64,000 nucleotides of DNA from Brevundimonas sp. (lineage in GTDB: Bacteria > Pseudomonadota > Alphaproteobacteria > Caulobacterales > Caulobacteraceae): positions 4,574 through 68,573 of the forward strand of contig NZ_DASPMQ010000001.1 in NCBI RefSeq assembly GCF_035626975.1, given 5' to 3'. The notes below the pieces were generated by a model. That model was not told the origin of the DNA, did no database searches, and saw only the letters and a program-made list of their open reading frames with translations. Positions within the stretch are counted from its first letter, which is position 1. Each line of letters opens with the position of its first letter. Positions 57,618 through 64,000 of this stretch are shown here, piece by piece. The position numbers and the translations under genes are program-made.

Positions 57618-58193
57618 CTATCCGGCGGCCATGACGCCGCAGATCACCCGGGCGCCGGCTCCGCCGATCGGCTGGCTGGTGTGGTCGTCTATGGCGGCGT
57701 GGATCACCAGGGCCGAGCCGTCGACGTCCCACAGCCACTGGCCCGGGCCTTCGCCGGCGAGGCGGGCGCGGGTGGTGAAGACCTCGGCCCGGACCCGGCC
57801 CCCGGCGTCCGCGAACACATTCGGCAGATCGCCGTCGTCGGGCCCCCGGGGGTTCAGCAGGCCGTGCGGCGCCGCCGGCTCGCCGTGGTTGATATGGGCC
57901 CCCGCGGAGGTGAAGGGCGCCGCGCATTGTCCGGTCGCGTGGATGTGGGCCCCGTGCCAGCCGGGGGTCAGGCCGTCCGCCTCGATGCGGATCAGCAGGC
58001 CCGTCGGGCCTTGCGTCAGTATGGCGCGACCGACGGTCCGGCCCTCCGCGTTCACCAGCGTCGCCTCGCCGAAATCACCGACCGCGGCCCGCACCGGGAT
58101 GTCGGCGTAGTTGGTCGCGGTGACGCTGACGCAGGCCGCCAGTGAGGCCGTCAACGGCAGGACGGCGAGGGTGGCGAGCCGGACAAGGCGCAT
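57618..58193 (-). CDS. sodC: Cu/Zn superoxide dismutase family lipoprotein
   Basis: LAAC lipobox, HGAHIH, CAAPFTSAGAH, GDLPN, VIHA, GGAGARVICG. Confidence 0.82.
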   Translation of the reverse strand: MRLVRLATLAVLPLTASLAACVSVTATNYADIPVRAAVGDFGEATLVNAEGRTVGRAILTQGPTGLLIRIEADGLTPGWHGAHIHATGQCAAPFTSAGAHINHGEPAAPHGLLNPRGPDDGDLPNVFADAGGRVRAEVFTTRARLAGEGPGQWLWDVDGSALVIHAAIDDHTSQPIGGAGARVICGVMAAG

Positions 58194-58318
58194 GGTTCAA
58201 AATCCCTGTGTGGAAGGGGCGCCGGTCAGCGGCTTCGCTTTGCCACCACAGCCCCCGGATGCTAGAAAACCCTTTAGCGGATCACGTTCCGATTCCGGCC
58301 ATTTAAAGCCCGATTTCC

Positions 58319-61108
<2,790 letters not shown>

Positions 61109-61125
61109 TCCCGCCGCTGAACCTC

Positions 61126-61929
61126 ATGGCTGACGCCGCCGAAATCCTGATCGACGGCGCCCCCGCCACCCGGGCGGATTTGATCCACATCGCCCTGGTC
61201 AACTACGGCGCCTACACCTCCTTCCGGGTCGAGGACGGCGGCGTGCGGGGCCTGGACCTGCATCTGGCCCGGCTGGAGGCGTCGGCGCTGGAGCTGTTCG
61301 GCGAGGCCGTGAGCGAGGCGCGGTTGCGCGACCTGATGCGGGCCGCGCTCGGAGACCGCGACGCCGCCTTTCTTCGCGTCAGCCTGTTTTCGCCCGACAT
61401 CTGGCCGCGCACCCCCGGCTGGACCGGCGCGCCGAAGGTGATGACCGGCGTCTTTGCCCCGCCCCCGCCGCTGGCCGAGAGCCTGCGCCTGCAGACCCAG
61501 GTTTACGCGCGGGAAACGCCGCATCTGAAGCACACGGCCAATTTCGGCCTGATCCGGGCCCGGCGTCTGGCCCGGGCGGCCGGGTTCGACGACGCCCTGT
61601 TCGTCGACGCCGGCGGGCGGGTGTCCGAGGGCAGTCTGTGGAACATCGGCTTCGTGAGGGAGGGCGAGGTGGTCTGGCCGCAAGCCCCGATGCTCGCCGG
61701 CGTGGCCCAGGCCCTCATCCAGCGCGGATTGGCGGAGGCCGGGATGAACAGCGTGCTCAAGCCCGTCCATCGGCGAGATCTGCCCCGGTTCGACGGGGCC
61801 TTCATCTGCAACAGCGCGACACCGGCCTGCGCCGTCGCCTCGATCGACGGGTATGACTTCGACCCGACCGCCGCTCCGCTGGACGCGCTGAGGGCGGCAT
61901 GGGCTTCACAGCCCTGTCAGCCGATCTAG
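61126..61929 (+). CDS. Aminotransferase class IV (PLP-dependent, ADC-lyase-like)
   Basis: YGAYTSFRV, HLARL, HLKH, SEGSLWNIGF, LAGV. Confidence 0.82.
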   Translation: MADAAEILIDGAPATRADLIHIALVNYGAYTSFRVEDGGVRGLDLHLARLEASALELFGEAVSEARLRDLMRAALGDRDAAFLRVSLFSPDIWPRTPGWTGAPKVMTGVFAPPPPLAESLRLQTQVYARETPHLKHTANFGLIRARRLARAAGFDDALFVDAGGRVSEGSLWNIGFVREGEVVWPQAPMLAGVAQALIQRGLAEAGMNSVLKPVHRRDLPRFDGAFICNSATPACAVASIDGYDFDPTAAPLDALRAAWASQPCQPI

Positions 61930-61978
61930 GCCGCCGGTTTCGCACCTGCTAGACCGCAGGAAAGGCGGGGAGGAACGC

Positions 61979-62461
61979 ATGCGCATCGGCCTGTACCCAG
62001 GCACATTCGATCCCGTCACCAACGGGCACATGGACATCATCGGGCGGGCCGTGAAGCTGGTCGACCGGCTGGTCATCGGCGTGGCGCGCAATGACGACAA
62101 GGGCCCGCTGTTCACGACCGAGGAGCGGGTGGTCATGGTCCGCGCCGAGGTCGCCCACCTGGGCGCGAAGGTCGAGGTGCGGTCGTTCGACAGCCTGCTG
62201 ATGCATTTCGCGGAATCGCTGGACGCCAACATTATCGTGCGAGGTCTGCGCGCCGTCTCGGACTTCGAGTACGAATTCCAGATGACGGCGATGAACCAGC
62301 GCCTCAATGCCGACATCGAGACGGTTTTCCTGATGGCCGACCCGCGGCACCAGGCCATCGCCTCGCGGCTGGTCAAGGAGATCGCCCGGCTGGACGGCGC
62401 GATCGACAGTTTCGTCGGTCCCGAGGTCGCCAAGGCGGTCCGGGCCAGGGTCAAGGGATAG
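61979..62461 (+). CDS. coaD: Phosphopantetheine adenylyltransferase
   Basis: YPGTFDPVTNGHMDII, RGLRAVSDFEYE, ETVFL. Confidence 0.97.
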   Translation: MRIGLYPGTFDPVTNGHMDIIGRAVKLVDRLVIGVARNDDKGPLFTTEERVVMVRAEVAHLGAKVEVRSFDSLLMHFAESLDANIIVRGLRAVSDFEYEFQMTAMNQRLNADIETVFLMADPRHQAIASRLVKEIARLDGAIDSFVGPEVAKAVRARVKG

Positions 62462-62468
62462 TCCGAGC

Positions 62469-63323
62469 TTGAACATCGTCACCGCCGCCGCGCTTTCGCT
62501 CACGCTGCTGTCCGCCGCGTCCCCCGCCGGACTGGCCGTCGCCCAGACGGCCTCGCCCGCGGACTGGCGCACCGTCGCGCCCGAGAACCTGCTGGTCATC
62601 GACACGGCCAAGGGCCGCATCCTGGTCGAACTCGAGCCGCGCATGGCGCCGCTGACCGTGGAGCGGATCCGCACCCTGGCCGACCGGGGATTCTACGACG
62701 GACTGAAGTTCCACCGGGTCATTCCGGACTTCATGGCCCAGACCGGCGATCCCCTGGGCACGGGCGCGGGCGGCAGCGACCTGCCCGACGTGCCCGGGGA
62801 GTTCCGGTTCCGGCGCGGCCGCGATGCGGGCTTCGTTGCGGTCGTGGCGACGCCGCAGGGACAGGCGGGCCTCGTCGGCTCCGTCCCGGTCGTCACCCAG
62901 CCCGACGCGCAGATGATGGTGACGGCGGACTTCAAGACGGGCGCGCAGGGCCTGTTCTGTCCGGGCGTCGCCGGCATGGCCCGCTCCGCGTCGCCGGACA
63001 GCGGCAACAGCCAGTTCTTCCTCATGACCGGCGCGAGGGACACGCTGAACGGCGCCTATACGCCGTTCGGCCGCGTCGTGGCCGGGATGGACGTGGTCCG
63101 CGCGATCAAGGCCGGCTCGGAGGCGGGGAACGGCCGGGTCGAGGATCCCGACGTGATGACCCGGGCCCGGACCGCGGCGGCCCTGCCCGCAGGCGAGCGG
63201 CCGGCCGTGCGCGTGGCTACGGGCGCCGCCCTGCAGCGCGAGGTGGCGCGGGTCCAGGCCGAGCGCGGGGCCGCCTTCACCATTTGCGATGTGCAGCCTC
63301 CGGCCGAGGTCGTCGGGGGCTGA
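62469..63323 (+). CDS. Periplasmic cyclophilin-type peptidyl-prolyl isomerase
   Basis: Signal peptide, FYDGLKFHRVIPDFMAQTGDP, GMAR, NSQFF. Confidence 0.9.
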   Translation: MNIVTAAALSLTLLSAASPAGLAVAQTASPADWRTVAPENLLVIDTAKGRILVELEPRMAPLTVERIRTLADRGFYDGLKFHRVIPDFMAQTGDPLGTGAGGSDLPDVPGEFRFRRGRDAGFVAVVATPQGQAGLVGSVPVVTQPDAQMMVTADFKTGAQGLFCPGVAGMARSASPDSGNSQFFLMTGARDTLNGAYTPFGRVVAGMDVVRAIKAGSEAGNGRVEDPDVMTRARTAAALPAGERPAVRVATGAALQREVARVQAERGAAFTICDVQPPAEVVGG

Positions 63324-63354
63324 TCCATACCGTCCGGAATCCTGGGAGGCTGCC

Positions 63355-64000
63355 ATGAAGTCGATATCCGCCGCCGCGCTGGCCGCCATTCTGTTCGCCA
63401 TGCCCGCCGCGGCCCAGGAGGCCGCTGGACCTCCGCCGCCGCCGCCCGCGCCGACCCCGGAGACCACGATCGCGGCCGTCGAGTGGCGCGCCGTGCCGGC
63501 CGAGAACCTGCTGGTCATCGACACCACGCGCGGCCGCATCCTGGTCGAGCTGATGACGGAGGTCGCGCCGCTGCACGTCGAGCGGATCAAGCTGCTGGCC
63601 CGGCGCGGCTTCTACGACAACATCCCCTGGCATCGGGTCATCGACACCTTCATGGCCCAGACGGGTGATCCGCTGGGCAACGGCGAGGGCCAGAGCCCGT
63701 ATCCCGACCTGAAGGCGGAGTTCACCTTCCGCCGTGACCCGACGATGCCTTTCGCGGCCGCGGCCGAGCCTGCCGGCGCCCGCGTGGGCTTCCTGCATTC
63801 CCTGCCGATCCAGACCCAGCCGGATGCGGTGTTCTCCACCAGTAGCGACGGCAAGGTGCACGGCTGGGGGCTATATTGCCCCGGCGTGGCCGGCATGGCC
63901 CGGGATGAGGGCAACGACACCGCCAACAGCCAGTTCTTCATCATGCGCCAGGCCTATCCGGCGCTGGACAAGCGCTACACCATCTGGGGCATGACGGTGG
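63355..64000 (+). CDS. Second periplasmic cyclophilin-type PPIase (runs off the 3' end)
   Basis: MKSISAAALAAILFA signal, FYDNIPWHRVIDTFMAQTGDP, GMAR, NSQFF; missing from the supplied ORF track because it has no stop in the window. Confidence 0.88.
   Translation, partial: MKSISAAALAAILFAMPAAAQEAAGPPPPPPAPTPETTIAAVEWRAVPAENLLVIDTTRGRILVELMTEVAPLHVERIKLLARRGFYDNIPWHRVIDTFMAQTGDPLGNGEGQSPYPDLKAEFTFRRDPTMPFAAAAEPAGARVGFLHSLPIQTQPDAVFSTSSDGKVHGWGLYCPGVAGMARDEGNDTANSQFFIMRQAYPALDKRYTIWGMTV

Overview
GC-rich alphaproteobacterial chromosome segment, most likely Caulobacteraceae and Brevundimonas-like (rcdA, a DriD-like WYL factor, Caulobacter-type rpsU, GyrA with Ala83/Met87). Most of it is housekeeping: the pnt transhydrogenase operon, aceA with its ScfR/RamB-type regulator, a SerB-SerA fusion, hslO, phoR-pstCAB-phoU-phoB, rpsU, purEK, ubiX, rcdA, rpmE, sodC, gyrA, coaD, two cyclophilins, several hybrid kinases and ABC transporters. 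The most striking structure that these genes do not explain is a family of 23-24 nt hairpin units (consensus GTCNGC-N3/4-[C/G]ACCC-N3-GCGGAC). They are usually tandem doublets about 25 bp apart and punctuate arrays of short, unrelated, less GC-biased ORFs at about 51.4-56.5 kb (+ strand) and 27.6-28.9 kb (- strand). This looks like an integron-like gene-cassette system, but there is no attC consensus and no recombinase in the window. The cargo includes a secreted N-TIMP-like protein and an EcfG-promoter-driven FIST plus hybrid kinase module. Also noted: four EcfG/SigT-type promoters, three REP/CIR-like inverted-repeat elements of two other families, a CIR-like element, and a degenerate ~300 bp non-coding repeat present twice. 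Family assignments come from motif recognition only; no searches were run.
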